Source: Rebecca billardiae RCC1528 (taxonomy: Eukaryota; Protista; Haptophyta). From it: a DNA stretch of 64,000 bases. Both the position numbers and the translations under genes were made by a program. The DNA is taken from NCBI GenBank assembly GCA_965240325.2, contig OZ251242.1, positions 124,001 through 188,000 on the forward strand, read 5' to 3'. This document shows, piece after piece, positions 1 through 12,964 of the stretch. The notes under the pieces are model-generated. The model was not told where the DNA came from and did no database searches. It was given only the letters and a program-made list of their open reading frames with translations. Each line of letters begins with the position of its first letter. Positions within the stretch are counted from its first letter, which is position 1.

Positions 1-570
1 GGTGCGCTCGCGCGCGCGCGCGCCAGTCACGGCGGCGGCGCGCCTCGTGGGACGGGCGGCGTGTCCTGCGGGCAGCAGGGGGCGCGGGCCAGCGCGTGAG
101 GCGGCTGCCTCGCACAGGCGTCGCAGTGGCGCGCCGCACGTGGCCTCGGTCGACGCTGCCATCACGTGCCACACACGCGGCCCGTAAGGCGCTGCCGCGC
201 GGCCGCAGGGTGCCGGCGTCCGGGCGGCTGCCGGCGCGCGATTCCGAGCCGCTGGTCGTGCGCTGCTGAGGCACGTGCTGTCAGTACAGCCCCTCGCGCG
301 CGTGGTCGGCATTGACGACCGCCTCACCACTACGTGTTTATATAGACTGCTAGCACGCCACCGTCGTGCGACGCCCCTGGCCCCATTTAGGTTCATCAGG
401 TTGGCCGCCATCGCATAATTCGCTTTCGGCTTTGGGTTCCACTGGACGACTTTCGGTGCACCAAATCTGACGAGATCGGGCTGCGGCCGCGCGGCTTGCG
501 AGCGCGTCCGCGTCGCCCAGGCGCCGTCGCCGGCCGAAATTTCGCAATCGGCTGCTGGACGGCGGTAGTG

Positions 571-1627
571 ATGGCCGCAGTGTCGCCGCCCGAGGCGGCC
601 TCGACGCTCTTCGCGTGGCACGGCGTGCTCGGCGCGAACCGGCCGATCTCGGAGGTGGCCCTCCGCGTCACCCAGGCCGGCCTCCTCGGGATGGCCGCGC
701 TCGGCGTCCTCGACGTCGCGCTCGCGCGCTTCACGCGCGCGCGCTGGTTCTTCCTGCACGTGTGGGCAAACGTGTGGATCAGCCTGCTCTGCCTGCCCGA
801 CGTGTACTTCGTGCTCACCGACCCGCTGCGCGCGCTCGCCTCGCGCGAGACCGTGCACTGGCCCATGGCCATCGTCTTCTCCGTGCACGTGTACCACGTG
901 CTCTTCTTCAAATCGCTTCACTGGATCGACTGGCTGCACCACGTGCTGATGGTGGCGGTGGGCGCGCCGCTGCTGATCACGGGCGAGGTGGGCCCGCTGA
1001 TGAACTTCAACAACTTCTTCATGTGCGGCCTCCCCGGCGGGATCGACTACGTCATGCTCTTCGCCGTCAAGTCCGGCTGGATGCGGCCGCTCGCCGAGAA
1101 GCGCTTCAACGCGATCATCAACGTGTGGCTGCGCGCGCCCTTCCTCGTGTGCACCGGCACGCTGGTCTTCTTGCAAGGGTTCGTGCAGGAGCTCGACGAC
1201 GTGCCCAAGTACGTCAAGTACACGCGCATGTTCCTCATGTTCCTCGCCTGCTGGTGCGCGCCGCCCACGCGCGGCGCGCCGGCCGGCGCGCGCGCGCGCG
1301 CGCGCCGACGCGCGCGCTCACGCGCGCGCGCGCCCTCTGCGCGCCGGCAGGAACGCGCTCTTCTTCATGGAGCGCGTGGTGGGCAACTACCACGTGAACG
1401 AGTACAAGGAGAAGCAGCGACGAAAGGCCGCGGCCGCCGCGCAGCGCCTCTCGCCCACCTCCGCCGCCGCCTCTGTGCCCCCGCTCCTGCGGAGGGACAC
1501 AGAGGCCTCCTCGCAAGACCCGTACGAGACGCGCGAGCACGTCGGCGTCTCGCTCTTCATGTCCAAGGTGCTCTCGCACAAGGACCTGGCCGAGCTGGCG
1601 CACGTGCAGGAGAAGAAGGACGACTGA
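571..1627 (+). CDS. TLC (TRAM/LAG1/CLN8)-like multi-pass membrane protein; exons 571-1253 and 1351-1627
   Basis: Several hydrophobic helices, DWLHH and MCGLPGGIDY motifs. GT..CAG intron 1254-1350 joins ...FLACW|NALFFMERVV in frame. Family assignment is from motif resemblance only. Confidence 0.7.
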
Positions 1628-2640
1628 GGCCGCGCGGCGGGCGCCTCCGAACGGACCGGACCGGCACGGCGCCTGATGTGCCACTTCAATTCGTAGGGAG
1701 GTGGCGGGCCAAGTCTTGATCTGTCGGTAAGCGCGACCGGCCGATGGCGATGGTATGTATTGGTGCTGGCAGAGTGCCGGTCGCCGCGGCCCGGGCGCGG
1801 ACGGCTCGCAGCCCCGCTCACGCTGCGCACTGCTGAGTGCTGACTCGACCGCCCAGCGGCGCCCACTCGCCCGAGGTGCTATACTCCTAGCAATATATTT
1901 ATTTAATTATAATATATATATATATATCAGCAGGTCGTTAACGGTCTAACTGATGAATAATATTAATAATATATATAACGAACGGGCGCAGCCTGGTCAC
2001 TCATCACGCGGTCTCACCGCTCACGCCCACGGGCACGGGCACGGGCGGTGCCGGTGGCGCCCAAGCCCCAACCAAAGGACCATCCAACCGAGCAACTCGC
2101 CCCGATGCAGTCTACTCCGAGTGAGTGCGAGTGACAGTGACTAGTGAGTAGTGACTAGTGTGCCAGTCTGAGTACTCGGCTCAGACGGAAATTTGAGTAC
2201 AGCTTACTATAGTTATAATATAGCTTAGCAGCTGTTAGCAGCAATGGTATAATATCTTACTGCTTTGCTGACGAACACCGTTACGACTAGGTGAACAACT
2301 GGTACAGATGCGGGGCGAAAACCGCGGCGCGACTGAATCGCCATTCGGCCGAATCGGCTGCGCGCGATCGGCGGCCGCGCCGCGGCCGGTGCACTCTGCA
2401 CTGCAACGCCGGTCACCGTTCGGAGCTGGTCAGGCCGCGGGCAGGGCACGGCTGCGGCCCTGCCCGCACCGCTCGGAGCCGCGGCCATACCCCCCACGGG
2501 GCATCGCCACGGGGCTGCGGGCGGTGCTGTCGCGGGCGCGGCTGCAGCCAGCGCGGCGCGAGCGGCCCGCAGGGGGCCACCCCGCGCTGCGCGCCGGCGC
2601 GCGCGCACACGGACGCTAGGGCGTGCGCGGCTCGGGCGGC

Positions 2641-3529
2641 TTAGAGGAGCTCGGTCTCCTGCACGCCCTCCTCGGCGGTGGGTCGGCGACCGCGCACCAC
2701 CGCCGCGGCGACGAGCAGCGCCGTGCCCAGCGCGAGGCAGCCGTACGCGGCGATCCGCAGCGGGCTGCGGGCGCCGCCACGCGCGGACGCGCCGCGCGCC
2801 GCCGGTCCCTCGGCCTTCTCGAACATGAGCTGGTCGGCGACGTCGCGCACGGACTCGAGCGAGTCGTTGATCGTGTGCATGAAGTCCTCGATGTCGCGCG
2901 CGATCGTGCCCGCCGACGCGCCCGAGCCGCAGTCCGCCTCGAGCTTGTTGTACTTTGCGACCGCGCCCGTTTCGCTGAACTTGGTCGCGATCGCCTGCGC
3001 ACGCGCGCGCGCGGTGACGGGCGGCGGGTGCGGCGCGCGCGGCGGGCGGGGTTGTGCGTGAGCGCGGCGGCGCGGTGGCGCCGGCTAGCCCGGCGCGGCG
3101 GCGGACGCGTGCGCGCGCGCGCCCTCGGGCCGCGGCGCGCACCTTCCACTTGTCCATGCAGCCGGCGGCCCCGCTGCACGTGGCCTTCATCGCGCCGGCG
3201 CCGGTGATCTGCGTGGCGGGGTGCGCGTCGCCGAGGTAGGTGACGCCGTCGCGGATCGAGTCGAGGCAGCTGTCGCACAGGAAGCCCGCCGCGCTCTTCG
3301 CCTGCCGGAACTTGTTCGCGTCCGCCGGCTCGGACGCCATCTCTGCGAGCACGTCGAGCAGCCCCGGGATGCCCGAGCAGTCGACCTCGTCGTCGCGCCT
3401 GCACACGTCCTTGAGGATGCGGCTCATCGGCCAGTCCGACTCCAGCTCCATCACGGGCGGGCAGTACCCCTCCTGCGCCGCCGCGCCCGCCAGCACCGCC
3501 GAGATGAGAGCGAGGGAGCGCGTCACCAT
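2641..3529 (-). CDS. Uncharacterised Cys-containing protein with signal peptide and C-terminal TM helix; exons 3529-3143 and 2994-2641
   Basis: N-terminal MVTRSLALISAVLAGAAAQ signal peptide. GT..CAG intron 3142-2995 joins MDKWK|AIATKF. Hydrophobic IAAYGCLALGTALLVAAAVV followed by RGRR. Confidence 0.7.
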
Positions 3530-4117
3530 GTTGCCGCCGGCGTGTCTCGAGCGTTAGCAGCGGCCGACTGCACGCTGCCGGCACGCACGCACGGCGGCGG
3601 CGGGAGTCGCGCAGCCGGAGCTTGCTTTTGGAGGCGGCTCCAAGCACGCGCCGGATGTTCATACGATCCCGGGTATTTGAACATTGCGTCATCAGTAGAT
3701 CCCGAATGATGAGAGAATGGCGCATGCGCGGCCGCGGGATCTCGCGAATATGACGTTTCTCGACCGTTGGATATTTCGCTGCAAGTTGGGACTTTTCCGG
3801 TGTCACACTGTCCGGTGGCCTCCGCCCGACCACCCCGATGATGGAAAATACCCGCGCTTGTGGAAAAGGAATTTCGGCTGAACACGGAGCGACGGAAGGA
3901 ATTCAAATCGCGCCTGCTTTACCCGCGCACGCCATCAACGCCAGCCGTTTGCCCCGGCTTCGTCGCCCGCAGCCGTCAAACGGTGGCGCAAAACGAGGCT
4001 TCGTCGGGCGCAGCAGGGCAAAGGCCGGGGCCAACACACGCAGGGCTGGCCCTCGCGCACGGGCGGCCGCGCTGAACCGCGCGCACGGACGCGCTCCGCG
4101 GCGCGCGTGCGTGCCAC

Positions 4118-7100
4118 ATGGTGAGCCTCACCCCATCCGAGCCCGCCGGGCTCATGCCCCCCGTCGCCTCGACGCCCGGCCGCTGGGCGCGCGCCAAGGG
4201 GCTTGCGCGCGGCCTGCCGGCGGCGGGCGGCGGGCCGCGCGCGCCGCTGCAGGCGCAGTCGCTGCCGCAGACGCCGGCGGAGGCGCGCGACGCGCGCGGC
4301 GAGATGTCCATCGCGCCGACCCACCGCCGCCCGCCCGCCCCCACCGGCATCGACTCGGCCGGCTCGGCGCGCTCGCCGCCGGCGCGGCGCGCGCGCACGC
4401 GCGTGTCGGGCGCCGAGCCGCCGCCGCCCAGGACGCCGAGCCCGGCGCGGGCGGCCACGCCGCCCGGCGCGCGGGGTGACGCGTCGCAGTTCGCGCCGCG
4501 CAGCTCGATCACCCCGCCCGCGCTCGCGATGCAGCACGCCACGCCCGAAGCCGCCGACTCGGAGATGCGCGGCGCCGCCGGCTCGGCCGCGGCGCACGCG
4601 AGCGCCGGCCGCGCGTCGGCGAGCGACAGCGTCTCGCCGCCGTCGACGCCGCGCGGCTCGGGCGCGAGCGCGCTCGGGCTCGACCGCCTCCCGCCGGACA
4701 CGCCCGCCGGCTCCGGCTCGTGGCGCGTCAGCCTCGGCCTCGGCCGCCGCACGCCGTGGGAGCGGGGCGAGGGCGAGGGTGAGGAGGAGGAGGCGGACGG
4801 GCGGCCATGCTGGCTGGCGCTCGAGGAGCGCGGCACGCCCGCGGCGGCGCGCGGCGCGCTGGCGAGCGGCGAGGGCATGCGCGCGATGCGGATGAGCGGC
4901 GCGAGCGACGGCAGCGCAGACGAGCAGGCCATGCTCCACGTGCGCGCCGTGCTGCACTTTGGGGACGACGGCGGCGCGCAGCAGCAGCCGCAGCAGCCGC
5001 AGCAGCCGCAGCAGCCGCAGCAGCCGCAGCAGCCGCAGCAGCCGCAGCAGCCGCAGCAGCCGCAGCAGCCGCAGCAGCAGCAGCAGCAGCTGCTGCAGCA
5101 CGCGGCGCGGCGCATGTCGGGCGGGAGCGGCCGCGGCGCGGGCAGCAGCCGCGCGGGCAGCGCCGCGCACTCGCCCGCGGGTGCGCGCTCGCCGTTCGGC
5201 CGGAAGCTCTCGCTCGGCTCCTCGCCGCTCGGCGCGGGCCGCAAGCTCTCCCTGGGGGCACTCTCGATGGACGACGGCAGCACGGACGTGGACGACGACG
5301 ACAGCGGCAGCGAGCGCGGCGGCGGGGTCGGCGGCGGCTCGGAGGACTGGGAGAACGTCGCGCCGGGCGGCGGCGGCGGCCGGGCGCACGTGGGCGGCGT
5401 GACGCCGCGCGCCGCGCGCGCGCGCGCCGCGCGGCTCTCTGCGCGCCGCGCGCTGCCCCCCGCGGCCGCGGCGATGACGCCGCACGTGCCGTCCGCGCTG
5501 GGCCGGCCGCCGCCGCCGCCGCTGCCGTGGTCGGCCGAGCAGGACGCGCCGCGCCCGCGCCCGCTGCAGGTGACGCGGCTGGCGGGCGGCGACGGCTGGG
5601 ACGAGGGCGGCGGCAGCGGCAGCGACGGCGACGCTGACGGCGGCCGCTCGCGCTCAGCGCCGCAGCGCCGCGACGACGCGCGCGCGCGCGCGCGCCCGAG
5701 CGCCGAGCAGCCTGCCGCGCCCGTGCGGCTGCGCCGGCCGCGGCACTCGGGCGACGGCGGCGGCGGCGGCTTCGGCTTCGGCTCGGCCGCCGCGTCGCCG
5801 CTCGCCGAGCAGCAGCAGCTGGGGGGCTACCAAGACTCACTCGACACACTCTCGCCGCTCGCGGCCGACGGCGCCGCGCGCGCCGCGCGCTGCGCGCGCG
5901 CGACGCCGCCGCCGCCCGTGCCGCCGCGCGCAGCCAAGCCGGCGCCGCCGCTGCTGCCGATGAACTCGCTCACCGACACCAAGGTGCTGTTCACCGTGCT
6001 GCACCAGCAGCTGGACGCGTGCGGCGCGCGCGGCGGCGGCAGGCCGTCGGCGCTCGGCGGCGGCGGCGCCGCCGGCCTCGGCGGCAGCCGAGGCGGAGGC
6101 GGCGCCGAGTGGGCGCAGCCGCCGCCGCCGTGCGCGGGCGGCGGCGGCGGTGGCGCGCCGCGCGACGGCGCCGCGGCGCTCGACGACGACTTCCGCGCGG
6201 CCGAGGCGGCGGGGCGCGGCGCAGGCGCGGGCGCAGGCGGCGACGGATCGCGCGCGCTCGTCCGACCCGCCGCTGCCGAGGGCCGGCTGCTGCCGCCGCA
6301 CCCGCCCGTCGCGCGCGCGCCGGGCGGCGCGCCGGGCGCGCACGGCGACGTGACTCCGCCGACGGAGCCGGCGGCCGCCGACGGCGGCGGCGCAGACGCG
6401 GGCGCGCGGCCGCACTCGGCGCCGTGCGCGACGGACGCGGCCGCGCGCGCCGACTCGTGCGGCGGCGCGGGCGGCGGCGCGGGCAGCTTCCAATTTGACG
6501 AGCAATTCGAGTATTTGGAGCTGCTGGGGATGGGCTCCTTCTCCAAGGTGCGTCCGGCTGCGGCGCGCTGGCGGGCGGGGGCGTGCGGATGGGCGGAGGA
6601 GGCGCGCGCGGCAGGCGCGCCGCGCCGCGCGCCGCACACCGCGCCCCGCGCTCGTCTGCCAGGCGCACGGGCAGCGCACACACCGCCGCGCGCCGCGGAG
6701 GGGAAGGGCGCGAGGGCGCGCGCTGCGCAGAGGCGGGCGCAGTGCGGAGGCGCGCCGCCCCTCGGGAGCGACGAGCGCGCGCGCGCGCGCACGCCGCCAC
6801 GCGCCGACCGCCCCACGCACGCACCCCGCCGCGCCACCCGCCGCCGCGCGCGCGCCCGCACGCGCAGGTGTACCGCGTGCGCAACCGCGCGGACGGCGCA
6901 GAGTTTGCTGTCAAGGCGTCGCGCAAGACGTTCCGCACGCGCAGGGAGCGCGCGCTGCTGCTGCGCGAGGTGCACTGCTCGTCCGCGCTCGGGCCGCACG
7001 AGCACATCGTGCGCTACTACATGGCGTGGCAGGACCAGCGCTACCTGTACCTCCAGCTCGAGCTGTGTGCGCTCGGCACGCTGCGCGCGCACGTGGCGCG

Positions 7101-8658
7101 GCTGCGCGAGGCGGCGGGCGGCGCGCCGCTCGCCGAGGGGTCGGTGTGGGGCGCGACGCGGCAGCTGGCGTCCGCGCTCGCGCACATCCACGCGCACCGG
7201 CTGCTGCACCTCGACATCAAGCCGGAGAACATCTTCGTGCACGGCAGCGGGGTGCTCAAGGTGGGCGACCTCGGGCTGGCCGTGAGCGCGCACGAGTGGA
7301 GTGACGAGGTGAGCGCACCGCGTGCCATTGGCACGGCACCGCGCGGCAGGGCACGGCACAGCGCACAGCGCAGCACCGCACAGCGCACAGCGCACAGCGC
7401 GGCACGGCACCGCACAGCGCAGCACCGCACAGCGCACAGCGCACAGCGCGGCACCGCACAGCGCAGCACCGCACAGCGCACAGCACCGCACGGCACAGCG
7501 CACAGCGCACAGCGCAGCACCGCAAAGCGCACAGCACCGCACGGCACAGCGCACAGCGCACAGCGCGGCACCGCACAGCGCACAGCGCACCGCACCGCAC
7601 GCGGGGCGCACGAAGCACGGCGCACGGCGCGCAGGGCGCAGGGCGCGAGCGCAGCAGCCGGGCGCGCGGGTGGGCGGGCGAGGGGAGCGAGGGAGAGTGC
7701 GCGCGGGCCCCGGCCGGCCGCCCGACTGAGCGCCCGCGCTGCCGCCCGCGCCGCGCCGCCCGCTCCGCCCCCCACGCGCGCGCGCGCGCCCCTCGCAGGA
7801 GGGCGACGCGGTGTACATCGCCCCCGAGCTGCTGCAGGGTGTCGCCGCGCCCGCAGCGGACGTGTTCAGCCTCGGCCTCACCTTGTACGAGCTGGGCGCG
7901 TGCGTGCACCTGCCCAGCCACGCGCCCGCAGGCTCGGCGCAGTGGCACCGGCTGCGCGGCGGCGAGCTGCCCTTCAGCCAGCAGCTCGGGCGCTCGGCGC
8001 TGCTGCAGGTGTGTGTGCGCGCGCGCGCGCGCGCACGCACCGGCGCGGCCGGCCGGGTGGCCGCGCGCGCGAGGCACACAGCGCGCGCGCGGACGCTCAG
8101 CCGCGCCGCCGCCCCCGCCCCGCCGCCGCCGCCGCCGCCCCGCAGGCCACAATGCGCGCGGCCGCGGCGCCGAGCTCGGCGGAGCGGCCGAGCGCTGCGG
8201 CGCTGCACGCCCTCGCGTGCGCGCAGTGCGCCGCGCGGCCGGACGCGGAGCTGCCGAGGCTGCCGCCGCACGGCGCGCGCCGTGAAGACGATGCCGCCGC
8301 CGCCGCCATGCAGCCGCCGCCGCCGCCACACGCCGCGGCCCCGCGCCAAGGCGCGGCGGCCGGCGTGCTCGGCGGCGCCGCGCCCGACGACGCGCGCATG
8401 CGCGACAACTCGAGCGATCGCACTGCTGCGGACTCGGGCTGCTCGGACGACGACGACGACGACGACGACGAGCTGCCCATGTCGGTGGACCCAGCGTCGG
8501 CGTTTGACACCGCGCCGCCCGCACGCATGGCCGCGCCCGAGCACGCCCCGATGCCGCCCGTCGCGCACGTCGGCGCGGCGTGCGGCGCGGGCGGCGCGGA
8601 CGACGACGACGACGACGACGCTGAGATGACCACGGTCGCGTCGCCGCGCATCGACTGA
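4118..8658 (+). CDS. WEE1: Wee1/Myt1-family protein kinase with long disordered N-terminus; exons 4118-6547, 6868-7308, 7799-8008, 8146-8658
   Basis: LGMGSFSK|VY G-loop, FAVK, HLDIKPEN, KVGDLG, the Wee1 signature EGDAVYIAPE, ADVFSLG and RPSA. All three introns are GT..CAG and restore the frame. Confidence 0.88.
4979..5090 (+). repeat. Coding (CAGCAGCCG)n tandem repeat encoding (QQP)n then polyQ in the Wee1 N-terminus
   Basis: Directly visible 9-bp tandem units followed by a CAG run. Confidence 0.95.
7330..7630 (+). repeat. Intronic satellite of GCACA/GCACC/GCACG-type short units in Wee1 intron 2
   Basis: Visible tandem gcacagc/gcaccgc units within intron 7309-7798. Confidence 0.9.
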
Positions 8659-9385
8659 GCTGAGTCGCTGAGCGCGGCGGCGCGGCGCCGCCGAGCTCGA
8701 GTCACTCAGACTGAGTCAGTTGTGCGCGCGGCTCGCGACCTGCCGCGAGCCGCTGCTGCCCTGTCGCACGCCGTGCCGGCGCGCCGCGCGCGCAGCGCGC
8801 GGCTGTGGGGCTGTGGGCCCGAAGCAGCCAGCCGCGCGGGCGGCGTGGCGCCGCGTGTCTGCCCCGCCTCCATCCAGCCAGCAGCCGTCCTGTGAGTGAG
8901 TGCGGACATGCAGTCCCGGGGACCGCGGTAGCCGCGGCCCACCGTACATACACGGTCACGCGGTACGACCGTATCGTATACTCTACTACTACTGCTGCTG
9001 ACTACTACGACTGAGTGACTGACGGCGGCCCGCGGCCGCGGGTCCCGGATTATTCTGCTGCGCATCAACTGGCCCGTGATGACGAACTCATCAGCAGTCG
9101 TCAGCGCGCGTTACAGTCAGTCGTCACGCGTATGACCGACGATGACGACTACGTCGGCGCCAGCCCAACCCCGCGCACGCTCGCGTCAGCGTACACGTGG
9201 CGAATGCACCGGATCGGATGATTCGCAGCTCGCCCATCACTCCGATCAGGCATCAATCACGCATTCACGCTGACGCGGCCCGGCGTGACTCAGCGGCAGG
9301 ACTCCGAGGCTGCCGCTGCCGAACCGGATGCGACGGACACGCCACGCGCCGTTTTCGTGCGTGCCGCGCGCGGGCGGGCGGCGCG

Positions 9386-10454
9386 TCAGGCCATGAGCTC
9401 GGCCACGCGCGGCTCCAGGCCCTGCCCCGGCGGGTACGCATCCTCGCCCCAGCGCGAGATCTCGATCTCGGCGCACACGCGCTGCAGCATGGCCGCCGAG
9501 AGCGCAGCGCACACGTGCCGCTGCCACGCGGCCCACTCGCGCTCGGAGCTGGCGACGGCGGCGAGCGCGTGCACGAACGCGCGCGCGTGCGTGTCGTGCG
9601 GGTGGTGCCGCTCCAGCTTGGCCAGCGCGTAACCGATGAAGAAGCCCATCTCGGACTCGGGCACCGCTGCGGCCCGCCGCGCGGCCGCCGCGCGCGCGCG
9701 CGTGCCAGCGTGGGAAGAATGAGGTGTGGCGTTGCGCGCGCGCGCGTGGCGGGGCCGACGGGCCGGAGCGACGCGGGCGCGCAGCAGCCGGCGTACCGCG
9801 CGCGCGAGCCCCGCCCCCGCCCGGCACCGCGCCGCGCCGCGCCGCCGCGCGCGCACCAGGCAAGATGTGCGCCTGCATCTCCTGGCGAAGCTCGACGCCG
9901 CGCGCCGGCAGCTGGCGCAGCGCCGGGCCTGCGAGCTTCTCCTCGAGGGCGAGGTGCTGCTCATCCTTGGCCTGGTACGCGTCCCACGCGGCGCGGAGCC
10001 TGGGCGCCGAGCGCGCGCGCACCGCGTCCGCCACCCGCCGCTCGAGCTTCTCCACCTGCGCATGCAGATTCCGGAAGCCGGACTTGGCGGCGAGGTCGTC
10101 GAATTGCACGTCCAGGATGGCCCACAGCCCGCCGGCGACGAGCTTGGCGCGCTTGTCGTGCACGCCGTCCTCCATGCGCGCGTGCAGCGCCTGGAAGCGC
10201 TTGTACGCCGACCACTCCGCCTCGAACGCGCCCATCGCCCCCGCGGCCTCCGGCGCCGCCGCCGCCGCGCCGCGCACGTCCGCAAACGCGCCCTCGGCCG
10301 CGGGCGGCAGCGCGTCGTGCAGGTCGGCGAGCGCGCCGCGCAGCACGGCGTGCGAGTGGCGCATGATGGCGAAGACGCTCGGGCGCAGCGGCGCGGCGGG
10401 TGGCGCCGGCGCCGGCGCCGGCGCCGGCACGCCACTCGCGCTCGACGCGCTCAT
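9386..10454 (-). CDS. Hemerythrin-like (HHE cation-binding) protein; exons 10454-9857 and 9666-9386
   Basis: Ligand pattern H (RHSHAVLR), HxxxE (LHARMED), H (NLHAQVE), HxxxE (QHLALEE) in helical context. GT..CAG intron 9856-9667 joins HILP|AVPESE. Confidence 0.72.
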
Positions 10455-10927
10455 CGGCGGCTCGTCCGCCGGCCGGCTCGGGCGGCCCACGGCCGGCCGC
10501 GAGCTCGATCGAAGCGTCGTCTCGTTTGTTGCGCCCCTTTGCTCCTTCTCATCACGGTCGTGGTCGTCGTCGTCGTCTGGCCTGGCCGCCAGCGCAATCT
10601 CAGCCAAATCTCAGGGCGAGAATCGACGAAGCCAGAGCTTGCTCAGAGTCGGGACAGCCTTGTCGTCGAAGAAAGTCGTGCTGATGCGTCTGCACGATGG
10701 CCGCTTCGGACGGCAATGCCCCATGCGGCGCGGCGGGGCGACTGCTACGATTGCCATCACACCACCACCATCACCGCCGACCGCCGTGACAGTGGCGTCG
10801 TCATCAACTCCATGCACTCTTCGTGCAGAGCAGCACGCGGTGCCTTCGGTCCGAGCGCGCGCTTCAGACTGTGCGCCCCGTCCGGAGCGGCAGCTAACGG
10901 CTCGTCGCCGCCCACCGCCGCCAGCCA

Positions 10928-11645
10928 TCACGACAGCAGGCAGTCTCTCGAGCGGCGCTCCGTCCGCCCGCCCGTCAGCGGCGCGTTCGCCGAGCCCGCA
11001 CGCGCCACAGCCGCGTCGTCGTCGCCGCCGCCGGCGGGCGCGGTGGCGACGGCCGCGAGCGCCGCGCGCGCGCACGCGCGCACGGCGCCGTGCGGTGCGC
11101 GCTCGGCCTCGTGCGCGAGCAGCGCAGCGCACGCGCGCGCCGAGCCGTCGCGGAGCAGCCCGGCGCACAGCACGGCAAGCGCGCGCTCCGCCCACGCGCG
11201 CGGCGCGCCGGGGGGCAGCGCGCTGCCCTCGCCGCCGCCGCCGTCGCCGTCCGCCGCCGCGAGCAGCAGCGGCGCCGCGCGCGCGAGCCACGGCCGCGCG
11301 CCCTCGCGCGAGCCGCCGCCGCCGCCGCGCCGCGCAAGCACGAGGAGCGCCGCGCGCGTGAGCTCGCGCTCAGCGAGGCGCGCGCCGCGGGCCGGCGGCT
11401 CGGTCGCCGCGCCGCCCGCGCGCGGCGGCGGGCGTGGCAGCGCCGCCGCAGCGTCCAGCGCCTCCGCCAGCGCTCGCGCCAGCCGCGCGTCCGCCGCCGC
11501 CGCACGCGACACAGCGAGGTCCGCGCGCGCGCGGCCGCAGCAGTGCGCGCGCACCCACCGTGCCGCTTCGGCGAGCGAGCGCGCGGCCGCGGCGGCGGCT
11601 GCGTCGACGTCGGCGAGCGCGGGCGCGCGGCCACCCGCCGCGGCC

Positions 11646-11677
<32 letters not shown>

Positions 11678-12921
11678 CATGCTGGGTGGCTCGAGCGCCA
11701 CCGCCGCCGCCGCCACGTGCTGGCCCCAGCTGCGCCGGTCGGCGGCGGCGGAGTCGCGCGCGCGCTCGCTCGCGCGCCGCAGCGCCCAGCTGCCCAGCGC
11801 CGCGCGCCGCCGCGCCTCGGCCTCCGCGGCCGCGGCGGCGGCGCGCGCGCCGTCGGCGCGCGGCGGCGGCGCGCACAGTGCGGGCGCGCTCAGCACGGCG
11901 CGCTCGACGGCGGCCATCGTGTCCGCCGCGTCGGCGCGCGCCGCCTCCGCCTCCGCCGCCGCCTCGGCGCCGCCGCCGCCGCGCGGCGTCGGTGCGCGCC
12001 CGTCCGATCGCGCGCCGCCGTCGGCCGCCGCGCGCGCGGCCGCGCGCAGCAGCGCGCGCAGCGACGCGGCGCTGAGCAGCGTCTGCAGCGCGGCGCACGC
12101 GCACGCGCGGCCCGACGCGCCGCGCGCCGCCGCCGCGCACTCGCGCGCCGCGTACGCCGAGCCGTGCACGGCGGCGCGCGCGCGCGCGGCCGCGCCGAGC
12201 GCGCGCAGCTGCGCGCGCGCGCACAGCGCACCGCCGCCGCCGCCCGCCGCGCCCGCCGCGCCCGCCGCGCCCGTCTCGGCGGCGGCCGCGCGCGCGCACA
12301 GCGCGACGACCGTGTCCTCGGCCGCGCGCGCGCACTCGCAGAGCGCGCCCCAGTGCGCGCCCAGCTGCACCGCCGCCGCCGCCGGCGCGCGGCCGCGCCA
12401 GCCGCGCCCGCCGCCGCCGCCGTCCGCGCGCGCGCCGCCGCCGCCGCCGCCGCGCGCGGCCGTGCGCAGCAGCGGCAGCAGCACGCTCAGCGCCTCGGCC
12501 GCGTGCGCGAGCGCGCGCGGCGCGGCCTCGGGCGGGAGCGCGGCCGCGGCGGCGAGCAGCGCGCGCACCGTCGGCAGCAGCCCTCGCTGTCGCACGAGCG
12601 CCACCGCGCACTCGGAGTCCGCCGCCAGCGCCGCCACCGTCGCGACGAGGTGCGCGCGCGTGCGCAGCTCGGTGGCCACGCCGCCCGCGGCGTGCGCGGC
12701 GGCGGCGTGCGCGGCCGGCGGCGGCGAGCGGCGCGGCTCGGCCGTGGCGGCGGTGCCGGCGGCGCCCGCCGCGCCGCCGAGCGGCGAGACGAGCGCGTCG
12801 AGCAGCGCCTCGGCGGCGTGCCGCGCGAGAAAGACAGTGCGCAGCCCCGCGCCGTCCGCCCCCGCCTCCGCCCCCGCCGCCGCCTCCGCCGCCGCCCCCA
12901 CCTCCGCCGCCGCCTCCGCCT

Positions 12922-12964
<43 letters not shown>

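Noticed and set aside
4960-5110. Cys-rich metallothionein-like ORF (CCG repeats) on the minus strand
   Set aside because: It is simply the antisense reading of the (QQP)n repeat in Wee1; the same applies to 29924-30244.
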